Below, one piece after another: positions 40,627 through 49,985 of a stretch of DNA of 64,000 nt. Each line of letters starts with the position of its first letter. Position 1 is the first letter of the stretch. Made by a program: the position numbers and the translations under genes. The stretch lies in the NCBI GenBank assembly GCA_963771355.1, contig CAVYTA010000006.1, positions 512,001-576,000 of the forward strand. Direction: 5' to 3'. A model generated the notes under the pieces. That model did not search any database. It was not told where the DNA came from and was given only the letters and a program-made list of their open reading frames with translations. The DNA is from an uncultured Candidatus Rokubacteria bacterium (lineage in GTDB: Bacteria; Methylomirabilota; Methylomirabilia; Rokubacteriales; CSP1-6).

Positions 40627-40660
40627 GATTTGATCTACGGTCGTCGCAAGCGACGACCTC
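40627..40660. repeat. Intergenic palindromic repeat, copy 2
   Basis: GATTTGATCTACGGTCGTCGCAAGCGACGACCTC. Confidence 0.9.
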
Positions 40661-40678
40661 TATGAGGTGGCTTCGCAC

Positions 40679-42341
40679 TTATTTGTCGAGCCAGGCGGCC
40701 ATCATGCGCCCACCGTAGTCGTGGCCGATATTGGGCCCGAAGTTCTTCACATAGGGCTCCCAGGCCGCCATCGCGCTCACCGAGGGGCCGAACAGGAGAT
40801 AGGCCTGCTGGGCCACGTAGCGCTGGATGTCGTAGATGATGTCCCGCCGCTTGGCCACGTCGAAGGTGCGGCGCTGGAGCTTGACCATCTCCGCGAGCTT
40901 GGGATCGTTGATCCCGGCGGCGTTCAGCGGCTGGCCGGGAATGTAGTAGCGATAGAGATAGCTGTCGGGATCGGTCCAGGCGCCGAAGAGGCCGGAGCCC
41001 ACCTTATCGAACTTGCCGAAGATGGTGCTCGAGATGAAGGCGCCGTACTCCTTCATCTTGAGCTCGGCGTCGATGCCGGCCGCCTTCCAGTTCTTGAGCC
41101 CGATCTGCACCGCGTCCACGTAGTCGGGGCCGTAGCCGGGGGTGGTCTCCAGGGGGAACTTGATGCCGTTGGGATGGCCCGCCTCGGCGAGGAGCCGCTT
41201 GGCTCCGGCGGTGTCCTGCTCGTAGAGCCGCCGGCCCTCCGCGGAGAGCTGGTCGATCGGCAACGCCCAGTCCTTCAGGGCGGCCGGCACCGCGGTGTTC
41301 GGGACGCCGTGGCCGAGCGACCAGGCATTGGTCTCCAGCACCTCGCGCCAGTTGGCCGCCATGCCCATGGCGCGCCGGACGCGGATGTCCTTGAACGGGT
41401 CCTGGTCGAGCTTGGGCCAGGTGATGCCGCCGAAGACCACGATGTAGTCCTTGGTCTGGAGCTTGGGCTTGCGCTGCTTGGCGACGTCCAGGTCGCTCCG
41501 GCGCACGACCATGCCGTACTCCGGTCCGAAGTCGTACTTGCCGGCGAGGAAGGCTGCGAAGCCGGAAGCGGGATCGGTGTCGATCGTGATCTCCACGTTG
41601 TCGACATAAGGGAGGCCCGGTACGAAGTAATTGGGGTGGCGGACGAAGGACATGCGGGTGCCGGGCTCATAGCGCTCCAGCATCCACGGCCCCGTCCCGA
41701 TCACCGACTCCGGCTTCTTGAGATCGCCGAACTTCTCGACGCACTCCTTGGCCACGATCCAGGTCGAGGTGGAAGCGAGCGCATCCACGAACCAGGCGAA
41801 GGGCTCCTTCATGGTGAACTTGACGGTGTGCTTGTCCACCACCTCGATCTTGTCCAGCGCCTCCAGCGTGCCCCGGTTCGGGTTGGTGGTGGCGAGGTAC
41901 CGCTCGTAGGTGAACTTGACGTCGTCCGCGGTGAGCTCGCGGCCGTTGACCGGGGGCTTGTTGTGCCAGCGCACACCCTTCTTGAGCTTGAAGATGTAGG
42001 TGGTGTCGTTGGGCTGGGTCCAGGACTCCGCAAGGTCGGGCTCGACCTGCTGGCTTCCCGGGACCACCGAGGAGCCGGCCTTGACCTTCACGAGCCGGCT
42101 GTAGGCGAAGGACAGCGGGATCATGGTCGAGAAGGCCAGGATCGCGTGCGGATCGAAGTGGGGAGGCTGAACGTGGGAGCGAAGGCGGAAGGTGCCGCCG
42201 CGCTTCGGCGTCTGGGCGGCCGCGGGTGCGGGCCGCGCCGAGGTCGAGCACCTGCGCGCCGGCGCCGACCATCGCGGCGGCGCTGCCGAGCTTGAGCAGA
42301 TCACGGCGGCTCAGGTCGCTCATCGTCAGGCGCTCGTCCAT
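40679..42341 (-). CDS. Tat-exported ABC substrate-binding protein, family 5 (frameshift near 42230)
   Basis: SRRDLLK Tat motif; PDLAESW, KKGVRWHNKPPVNGRELTADDV, IGTGPW; AGGAGG RBS. Confidence 0.88.
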
Positions 42342-42375
42342 CGGTGTTCCTCCTGTCCCTCGCTCCGCGAGGGGG

Positions 42376-42409
42376 GATTTGATCTACGGTCGTCGCATGC
42401 GACGACCTC
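42376..42409. repeat. Intergenic palindromic repeat, copy 3
   Basis: GATTTGATCTACGGTCGTCGCATGCGACGACCTC. Confidence 0.9.
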
Positions 42410-42429
42410 AATAAGTTGGCCGCGCATGG

Positions 42430-44098
42430 TTAGCGGTCCAGCCAGGCGGCGGTGAGGCGGCCGCCCTGGTCGTAGCCCAGATTGGGAGAGTAGTTCTTGA
42501 CCGCGCCGTCCCAGACGAAGACGTAGACGCCCGACGGCATCTGCACGTAGTACTGCTGCTTGGCGAGGTAGCGCTGGATCTCGAAGATGACCTCGCGCCG
42601 CTTGGCGGGGTCCAGGGTGCGGCGCTGGCGCACCAGCATGTCGGCGACCACCGGATCGTTGATGAGCCCGTGATTCTTGGTCTCGCCCGGGTAGTACTGG
42701 CCGTAGAGGAAATTGTCCGGATCCAGGAACGGCGTCTGCGGCCCGAAGGCCATCGCGTCGTACTTGCCGTAGAAGGTGGTGGAGATGTAGGCGCCGTATT
42801 CCTTCTGGTTCAGCTTGGCGTCGATGCCCACCGTCTTGAGGTCCTTGAGGATGAGCTGCATCTGGTCGACGAGAACGGTGGAGCCGTAGGTGGTGAAATC
42901 CAGCGTGGCCGAGAACCCGTTGGGCTGGCCCGGCCTCGGCCAGCAGCTTGCTTGGCGGCGGCGGGATCGTGCTTGTACCACTGGCGCGCCTTCCCCGAGC
43001 TGGTCGAAGGGGATGGCCCAGTCCTTCAGCGCGGCGGGGACGGGCGGGTTGAGGCTGCCGACGCCCTCGAAGGTGGACGTCGATGATGCTGCTGCCGGTT
43101 GATGGCCAGCGACATCGCGCGCCGCACCCGGACGTCGTTGAACGGGCGCCTTGTCGGTGCGCATGTAGATGTGGCTCATCACGTTGGACGGGCGACTCCA
43201 TGGTGCGGAGCCCCGGCCGGCGCTGCTTGAGCACGTCCTTGATCTGCACCCAGTCCACCCGGTTGATGGTGCCGGGATTCTCCCAGCCGAGGTCGTACTT
43301 GCCGGCGAGGAACGCGGCCATGCGCGAGGCATTGTCCTCGTCGACGACCGCTTCGACCTTGTCGATATAGGGCTGCCCGGAGACGAAGTAGCTGGGGTGC
43401 CGGACGAAGGTGAAGCCCACGTTGGGCCGGTAGCGAGTCGAGCATCCAGGGACCGGTGCCGATCACCGCCTCCGACTTCTTGAGGTCGCCGAACTTCTCC
43501 ACCGCCTCCTTGGCCACGATGCAGGCCGCCATCGGGTTGGCGAGCACGTCGAGGAACCAGGCGAAGGGCTCCTTCAAGGTGAAGCGCACGGTGTACTTGT
43601 CGAGCGCCTCGACCTTGTCCACCGAGGCCAGCATGTAGGCGTTGGCATTGCCCTTGACGGTGCGGAAGCGCTCCATCGAGTAGACGACGTCGTCCGCGGT
43701 GAGCTCGCGCCCGTTGACCGGGGGCTTGTTGTGCCACCGCACGCCGCGGCGCAGCTTGAACACGTAGGTGTTCTCGTTGGGCTGGCTCCAGGACTCGGCG
43801 AGATCGCCCTCGATCGGGAAGGTGCCGGGCTGGACGTGGGGCCGGCCTTGTGCTTGACGAGCCGGCTATGCGTGAAGGTGAGCGCGGTATGGGTCTTGTA
43901 CGAGATCTGCAGCTGCGGGTCCCAGTGCGGCGGATCCCAGAGCCGGAGGGACAGCGTGCCGCCGCGCTTGGGCGCCTGCCCCCAGGCGGCGGAGGGAAGC
44001 GAGGTGGCGGCGGCAGCGGTGGCGAGCGCGCCTCCGGTCAGACCGAGCCATTGCCGGCGGGTCACGGGCGTCGTTGTCGTCGTCTCGATCCGATGCAT
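42430..44098 (-). CDS. Tat-exported ABC substrate-binding protein, family 5 (several frameshifts)
   Basis: MHRIETTTTTPVTRRQWL; RGVRWHNKPPVNGRELTADDV; IGTGPW; ends AAWLDR; pieces in three frames. Confidence 0.83.
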
Positions 44099-44121
44099 GC
44101 GGCCTCCTCGATGGGGGTGCG

Positions 44122-45810
44122 TTACCGATCGAGCCAGGCGGCCATGAGCCGGCCGCCGTAGTCGTAGCCGTGATTGGGCCCGTAGTTCTTGACGGCGCCG
44201 TCCCAGACGGCGACGTGGGTGGGGGAGGGCATCTGCACGTAGTACTGCTGCTTCGCCAGATGGCGCTGGATGTCGAAGATCATCTCGCGGCGCTTCGCGG
44301 GGTCCTGGGTGCGGCGCTGCCGGATCAGCATGTCGGCCACGACCGGATCGTTGATGTGGCTCTGGTTCTTCAGCTCGCCCGGGTAGTACTGGCCGAAGAG
44401 GATGGTTGTCGGGCTCCTGGAAGCCGGTCTGGGGCCCGAAGGCCAGGGAGTCGAACTTGCCGTAGAAGGTGGTGGAGATGTAGGCGCCGTACTCCTTGGT
44501 GACGAGCTTGGCGTCGATGCCCACGTCCTTGAGGTACTTGAGGACGAGCTGGCACGAGTCCACGACGATGTTGGAGCCGTAGGTGGTGAACTCCACCGTG
44601 GCGGGGAAGCCGTTCGGGCAGCCCGCCTCGGCGAGCAGCTTCTTCGCGGCGGCCGGGATCGTACTTGTAGTTGGCGAGCCCCTCGCCGAGCTGGTCCATG
44701 GGGATGGACCACTCGCGGAGCGCCGCCGGCACCGCCGGGTTGAGCGCGCCCACCCCCTCGTAGAGGGAGTCGATGATGGCCTTGCGGTCGATGGCCATGG
44801 ACATCGCCCGGCGCACGCGGACGTCGCTGAAGGGCGCCTTGTCGGTGCGCATCGAGATGTGGCTCATCACCGGCGTGGTGAACTCGAGCGTCTGGAGCCG
44901 CGGCCGCTTCTGCTTGAGCACGTCCTTGATCTGCACCCAGTCCACGCGGTTGATGATGCCCATGAACTCCCAGCCGAGGTCGTACTTGCCCGACGATGAA
45001 GGCGGCCATGCGGGAGGCATTGTCCTCGTCGACGAAGACCTCGACCCGGTCGATATGGGGGAGCCCGGCCAGGAAGTAGCTCGGATTGCGCACGAAGGTG
45101 AACCCGACATTGGGCCGGTACGAGTCGAGCATCCAGGGCCCGGTGCCGATGGTCGCCTCGTGGCGCTTGAGGTCGCCGAACTTGTCCACGCACTCGCTGG
45201 CGACGATGGGCACCGCGTGCGAGTTGGCGAGCATGTCCAGGAGCCAGACGTAGGGCTCCTTCAGGGTGATCTTGACGGTGTACTTGTCGGGCGCCTCCAC
45301 CTTGTCCACCGAGGACAGCATGTAGGCGTTGGCATTGCCCTTGACCGTGCGGAAGCGATCGATGGAGTAGACGACGTCCTCGGCGGTGAGCTCGCGCCCG
45401 TTCACCGGGGGCTTGTTATGCCACCGCACGCCCTTGCGGAGCTTGAAGACGTATGTCGTCTCGTTGGGCTGGCTCCACGACTCGGCCAGATCGCCCTCGA
45501 TCGGGAAGGTGCCTGGGGCCACGCCGGGGCCGGCGCGGTACTTGAGGAGCCGGCTATGCGTGAAGGAGTACGCGATATGGGTCTTGTACGAGATGGTCAG
45601 GTGCGGATCCCAGTGGGGCGGGTCCCAGGCCCGGACATTGATGGTGCCGCCACGCTTTGGGCGTCTGGGCGTGGGCGGGTCCGGCGATGAGATGTGGGGC
45701 GACCGCGGCGCCCGGCCAAGGCCGCGCCGCCGAGCCTGAGCAGGCTCTCGTCGGGTGACGCCTTCGTCACTGTGGGTCCTCTTCGACTCTTCCTTCATGA
45801 TCCGGGGCAT
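44122..45810 (-). CDS. Tat-type ABC substrate-binding protein, family 5 (several frameshifts)
   Basis: VTRRE; GDLAESW, KGVRWHNKPPVNGRELTAEDV, IGTGPW; ends AAWLDR. Confidence 0.83.
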   Translation of the reverse strand: MPRIMKEESKRTHSDEGVTRREPAQARRRGLGRAPRSPHISSPDPPTPRRPKRGGTINVRAWDPPHWDPHLTISYKTHIAYSFTHSRLLKYRAGPGVAPGTFPIEGDLAESWSQPNETTYVFKLRKGVRWHNKPPVNGRELTAEDVVYSIDRFRTVKGNANAYMLSSVDKVEAPDKYTVKITLKEPYVWLLDMLANSHAVPIVASECVDKFGDLKRHEATIGTGPWMLDSYRPNVGFTFVRNPSYFLAGLPHIDRVEVFVDEDNASRMAAFIVGQVRPRLGVHGHHQPRGLGADQGRAQAEAAAAPDARVHHAGDEPHLDAHRQGALQRRPRAPGDVHGHRPQGHHRLPLRGGGRAQPGGAGGAPRVVHPHGPARRGARQLQVRSRPPRRSCSPRRAARTASPPRWSSPPTAPTSSWTRASSSSSTSRTWASTPSSSPRSTAPTSPPPSTASSTPWPSGPRPASRSPTTILFGQYYPGELKNQSHINDPVVADMLIRQRRTQDPAKRREMIFDIQRHLAKQQYYVQMPSPTHVAVWDGAVKNYGPNHGYDYGGRLMAAWLDR

Positions 45811-45828
45811 GATCGGGGGCCCTCCTGG

Positions 45829-45942
45829 GCGTCATCTATGACGCAAAACGAGGCGGATGGCCGCGAAATTGCCGACACTTTGGCGGCAAAGCCCACGGAA
45901 GTCAAGGGGGACCTTGGCCGCGCGGCCGCCCTCGGCTATCAT
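45829..45942. promoter_or_regulatory. Divergent promoter region with inverted repeats
   Basis: Minus: TTGACT (45905), 17 nt, CAAAGT. Plus: TTGGCC (45914), 17 nt, TATCAT. Palindromes GCGTCAT-CT-ATGACGC (45829-45844) and TTGCCG-N9-CGGCAA (45869-45889). Confidence 0.5.
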
Positions 45943-45950
45943 TCTTCGCG

Positions 45951-47138
45951 ATGCAATCCGGCTACGGGCGTCCTCGTCCTATTGAAAACGCTGAGCTCAC
46001 CCATGTGGGTCCCGGCACGCCGGCCGGGGAGCTCCTTCGCCGCTACTGGCAGCCGGTGGGGCTGGCCCCGGCGCCGGGTGATCCCCCGCGTCCCGTGCGG
46101 GTCCTGGGCGAGGACCTCGTGCTCTTCCGGGACGGCCGCGGCCGCCCCGGCCTTGTCGATGCCCATTGCTGCCACCGTGGCACCTCGCTCGAGTACGGCC
46201 GCGTGGAGGCGGACGGGATCCGCTGCTGCTATCACGGCTGGCTGTTCGATTTCGAAGGCCGCTGCCTGGAGCAGCCCTGCGAGCCGGCGGACAGCACCTA
46301 CAAGGACCGCGTGCGTCAACCCTGGTACCCGTGCCGCGAGTACGGCGGCCTGGTCTTCGCCTACCTGGGACCGCTCGACCGGATGCCGCTCCTGCCCCGG
46401 TACGATCTGGTGGAAGAAGGCGAGGGCGTGGTCGTCGCCGACGGCACCAGCTATGGCCTGGGCGGCGGGGAGATCCTCGACTGCAACTGGCTGCAGATCT
46501 ACGAGAACGTGATGGACCCGTTCCACGTGGCGGTGCTCCACTCGGTGTTCAGCGGCGGGCAGTTCTCGGACGCGCTGAATCTCCGGCCGCAGGTGAGCTG
46601 GGAGGAGACCCCTCACGGGATGCGCTCCACCCAGGACCGCGAGCTCCCGGACGGCCGTCTCTTCCGCCGCGTGACCGAGCTCCTCCTGCCCAACGTCCGT
46701 ATCGTGCCCAGCGTGGCGGCCGGCAGCCCGGGGGAGGGCTTCGAGCGGGCGGGGCATATCGGGTGGATCCTGCCCATCGACGACACCCATACGCGGATGT
46801 ACTCGCTGCTCCGCGTGCCCCTGCGTGACGGCCATCCCGTGTTCCCCCCGCGCGCGCGGCACGGGGGCAAGCTCTGGGCCGAGCTCACCGAGGAGGAGCA
46901 CCATCGGATGCCCGGCGACCACGAAGCCATCGTGAGCCAGCGGCCCATCGCGATTCATGCGCTCGAGCATCTGGCCACGTCGGACCGCGGGGTCATCATG
47001 ACCCGCCGCATGGTCGCGCGGGCCATCGCCGCAGTGGCCGAGGGCGGCGACCCTCCCGGCGTCCTGCGGGATTCTGCCGCGTCCCTGATCACCACCACCG
47101 CCGGCAATGCCGTGCTCGCGACCTCGCGGCCGGCTTGA
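45951..47138 (+). CDS. Rieske non-heme iron oxygenase (phthalate 4,5-dioxygenase/VanA-like)
   Basis: CCHRG...CCYHGW Rieske motif; ENVMDPFHVAVLH mononuclear iron site. Confidence 0.92.
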   Translation: MQSGYGRPRPIENAELTHVGPGTPAGELLRRYWQPVGLAPAPGDPPRPVRVLGEDLVLFRDGRGRPGLVDAHCCHRGTSLEYGRVEADGIRCCYHGWLFDFEGRCLEQPCEPADSTYKDRVRQPWYPCREYGGLVFAYLGPLDRMPLLPRYDLVEEGEGVVVADGTSYGLGGGEILDCNWLQIYENVMDPFHVAVLHSVFSGGQFSDALNLRPQVSWEETPHGMRSTQDRELPDGRLFRRVTELLLPNVRIVPSVAAGSPGEGFERAGHIGWILPIDDTHTRMYSLLRVPLRDGHPVFPPRARHGGKLWAELTEEEHHRMPGDHEAIVSQRPIAIHALEHLATSDRGVIMTRRMVARAIAAVAEGGDPPGVLRDSAASLITTTAGNAVLATSRPA

Positions 47139-47159
47139 CGAGGCGAGAGGAGAGACAAC

Positions 47160-47420
47160 GTGTTCGAGCGCTATAGCCCGACCATCTTCCTGGACAAGCT
47201 CTTCACCGAGGCCGTGATGGCGGGGTGGATCGTGACCCTGCTGGGCGCGGGCCTCCTGCTCCTGGCCGCCGCCTGGTGGTCCTTCGCCCAGGACTCGTCC
47301 CAGCAGAGCCCGCGCTCGGGTCTCTGGCGGGGACTCTGCACGCTCGGGTTCGTGACCTTCCTGGCGGGGATCGGCTGGCAGCTGGTCGGCTACGTCCGCT
47401 TCGGCATCCTCAACTGGTAG
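47160..47420 (+). CDS. Small hypothetical membrane protein
   Basis: 86 aa, two TM segments, AGGAG RBS. Confidence 0.6.
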   Translation: MFERYSPTIFLDKLFTEAVMAGWIVTLLGAGLLLLAAAWWSFAQDSSQQSPRSGLWRGLCTLGFVTFLAGIGWQLVGYVRFGILNW

Positions 47421-48303
47421 GGGGCCAGGGGATCTTCATCGCGTCCAGCCGCCGCAGGCGATCCTGCCCCAGCGCGCGGTCGTAGACCTCGCCGAGCGCC
47501 TCCGCCGTCCACCCCTCCGCTCGCGTCGCGGTGCGCAGCGCCGCCGGATGCGAGAAGAGCGTGACCTCGTTACCGCGCACCCCGATCACCTGCCCGGTGA
47601 CGTGCGCGGCGCGGTCGCTGGCGAGGAACACCACCACCGGCGCGATGGCCTCGGGCGGCGTGGCGGTGGCGGCCCCCCGGCGCTCGTCGGGCAGCCGCTG
47701 GGTCATGCGGGTGTCCGCGGTGGGCGAGATCGAGTTCACCGTCACGCCGTACTTCGCCATGGCGAGCGCGGTGGAGCGCGTGAGCCCCACGATGCCCTCC
47801 TTGGCCGCCGAGTAGTTGGGCTGGCCGGGGCTGCCCTCGAGGCCCGCCGCGGAGGTGAAGGTGATGATGCGGCCCTGGCGCTTCTCCCGCATGTGACGCG
47901 TGGCGGGTTGCATCACGGTGAAGTGCCCCTTGAGGTGGACGGCCACCACCGAGTCCCACTCCTCCTCGCTCATGTTGAAGATCATCCGCTCCTTGAGGAT
48001 GCCCGCACAGCACACGGCGATGTGGAGGTCGCCGTAGGTGGACAGCGCCCGCTCCACGATGGCGCGGCCGCCCGCCATGGTGGCCACGCTGTCGGCGCTG
48101 GCCACCGCTTGTCCGCCCGCGGCCACGATCTCGCCCACCACCGCCTCGGCGGGGGCGCTCGAGGGCTCGCGGCCGTCGACGCTCACGCCGTAATCGTTCA
48201 CGACCACCCGCGCGCCCGCCCGGGCCAGCCCCAGCGCGACGGAGCGGCCGATGCCGCTACCCGCGCCCGTCACCACCGCCACCTTCCCCTCGAGCAATGG
48301 CAT
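47410..48303 (-). CDS. SDR family oxidoreductase (3-hydroxyacyl-CoA dehydrogenase/MFE2-like)
   Basis: TGAGSGIG, VVVND, GQPNYSAAKEG; ATG 48303. Confidence 0.9.
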   Translation of the reverse strand: MPLLEGKVAVVTGAGSGIGRSVALGLARAGARVVVNDYGVSVDGREPSSAPAEAVVGEIVAAGGQAVASADSVATMAGGRAIVERALSTYGDLHIAVCCAGILKERMIFNMSEEEWDSVVAVHLKGHFTVMQPATRHMREKRQGRIITFTSAAGLEGSPGQPNYSAAKEGIVGLTRSTALAMAKYGVTVNSISPTADTRMTQRLPDERRGAATATPPEAIAPVVVFLASDRAAHVTGQVIGVRGNEVTLFSHPAALRTATRAEGWTAEALGEVYDRALGQDRLRRLDAMKIPWPPTS

Positions 48304-48311
48304 CGCGGCGC

Positions 48312-48692
48312 TCAGGCGGGACCGAAGCCGACCATGGTCTGTTCTCCCACGACGAGGGGACGGAAGCGCACGCTGAGCCCCACCCGGAGCGACTCCAGGG
48401 GCAGATCCACCACCCGGCCGAGCAGCGAGACACCCTCGGTGAGCTGCACCACCACCACCGCGTAGGGCGTCTGCCCGGTATGCCCGCGGGGGGCGACGCG
48501 GATCACGGTGTAGGAGGCGACGGTGCCATCGCCCTTGAGGGGGACGGCGTCCCACGCGCGCTTGCCGCACGCCGCGCAGAGCTCCTTGGGCGGGATGGTG
48601 AGCTCGCCGCATTCCCGGCAACGGATGCCGGTCAGCCGCCCTGCACGGACCTCCGCGAAGAAGTGCTGCAGGGTCACCACGGCATCAGTCAC
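48312..48692 (-). CDS. Zn-ribbon OB-fold protein (DUF35/ChsH2-like)
   Basis: CRECG...PP...CAACG, GTVASYT, PYAV. Confidence 0.88.
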   Translation of the reverse strand: MTDAVVTLQHFFAEVRAGRLTGIRCRECGELTIPPKELCAACGKRAWDAVPLKGDGTVASYTVIRVAPRGHTGQTPYAVVVVQLTEGVSLLGRVVDLPLESLRVGLSVRFRPLVVGEQTMVGFGPA

Positions 48693-49839
48693 GGCCGAAC
48701 AAGCTCACGAGCACGGTGGCGGTGTTGCCGCCAAGGGTGTGAGTGAGCCCGGTCCGGGCACCCTCGACCTGTCGCGGCCCCGCCTCGCCGCGCAGCTGGG
48801 TGACGATCTCGGCGATCTGGGCGGCGCCGGTGGCGCCGATGGGATGGCCCTTGGACTTGAGCCCGCCCGACGGATTGACCGGGATCTTGCCGCCCACGCT
48901 GGTCCAGCCCTTCTCGGCGGCCATGCCGCCCGTGCCCGGCTCGAAGAAGCCCAGGCCCTCGGTGGCCACGATCTCGGCGATGGTGAAGCAGTCGTGGAGC
49001 TCGACCACGTCCACGTCGCCGGGACCCCGGCCCGCCTGCCGGTAGGCGCCTGCGGCCGCGCGCTCGGTGGCGGGCACGCGGGAGAGATCCCGCTTCTCGT
49101 GCATGAACATGGTGTCGGTGGCGGCATGGGTACCGAGCACCCAGATGGGCCGGCGGTGGCGCCGGGCCACTTCCTCGGAGGCCAGGATCACCGCCGCCCC
49201 GCCGTCGGTGAAGGGACAGCAGTCGAGGAGCTTGAGCGGATCGGCGACGTAGGCGCTCTTGAGCACCGCGTCGAGGCTGATCTCCTTCCGGAACTGCGCC
49301 TTCGGATTGTGGAGACCGTGCCGGTGATTCTTCACCGCCACGTGCGCCATCTGCTCCTCGGTGGTCCCGTACTTCTCCATGTGGGCGCGCGCGATGAGGG
49401 CGAAGACGCCGGGGAAGGTGAGACCGGTAGGCTGCTCGTAGGCCGCGTCCGAGCAGAAGGCGAAGTACTCGGTGGCGTGGTCGGTGGGCACGTGCAGGAT
49501 GCGCTCCGCGCCGCCCACCAGCACCACGTCGGAGACGCCCGCACCGATCTCCATCACCGCGTGCCGGAATGCCGCGTGGCTGGTCGCGCACGCGTTCTCG
49601 AAGCGGGTGGAAGGGACGGTGGGCAGGCCCAGCAGGGTGGCGGCCAGCGGCCCCATGTGCAGCTGGCGCTCGCTCTCCCCCCCGGTGACGTTGCCGTAGT
49701 AGAGCGCCTGGATGGCGCGGGGCTCGATGTCCGCGTCGATGATGGCGTCGCGGGCGGCTTCCGCGAAGAGCTCCGCGCTCGAGCGATCGTGCTTGCCGAA
49801 CCTGGTCACGCCGACTCCGATCACGGCGATGCGGCGCAT
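48685..49839 (-). CDS. Thiolase domain protein (SCP2-type acetyl-CoA acetyltransferase)
   Basis: ENACAT, VELHDCF, NPSGGL, GHPIGATG. Confidence 0.92.
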   Translation of the reverse strand: MRRIAVIGVGVTRFGKHDRSSAELFAEAARDAIIDADIEPRAIQALYYGNVTGGESERQLHMGPLAATLLGLPTVPSTRFENACATSHAAFRHAVMEIGAGVSDVVLVGGAERILHVPTDHATEYFAFCSDAAYEQPTGLTFPGVFALIARAHMEKYGTTEEQMAHVAVKNHRHGLHNPKAQFRKEISLDAVLKSAYVADPLKLLDCCPFTDGGAAVILASEEVARRHRRPIWVLGTHAATDTMFMHEKRDLSRVPATERAAAGAYRQAGRGPGDVDVVELHDCFTIAEIVATEGLGFFEPGTGGMAAEKGWTSVGGKIPVNPSGGLKSKGHPIGATGAAQIAEIVTQLRGEAGPRQVEGARTGLTHTLGGNTATVLVSLFGRD

Positions 49840-49985
49840 CCGGACCTCCAGGGGGAACAGGGATGGGGAGTGCTCGCCTTCGATGATACCGCGAGGGCGG
49901 GCGGCGGGCCAACGCGCTAATCCTGTGTCCGGTGCGGGGGGCCGTGCTAACGTGACCGCGGCGCATTCACGAAGGAGCGCTCGAC

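Noticed and set aside
38644..42409. The three 34-bp palindromic repeats as a CRISPR array
   Set aside because: Copies are about 1.7-2 kb apart and separated by genes, with no spacers or cas genes
38644..42409. The same repeats as Rho-independent terminators
   Set aside because: No poly-U tract on either strand, and they lie inside an apparent operon
47410..49839. Thiolase-DUF35-SDR trio as a novel system
   Set aside because: Thiolase/DUF35 pairing is a well-known association
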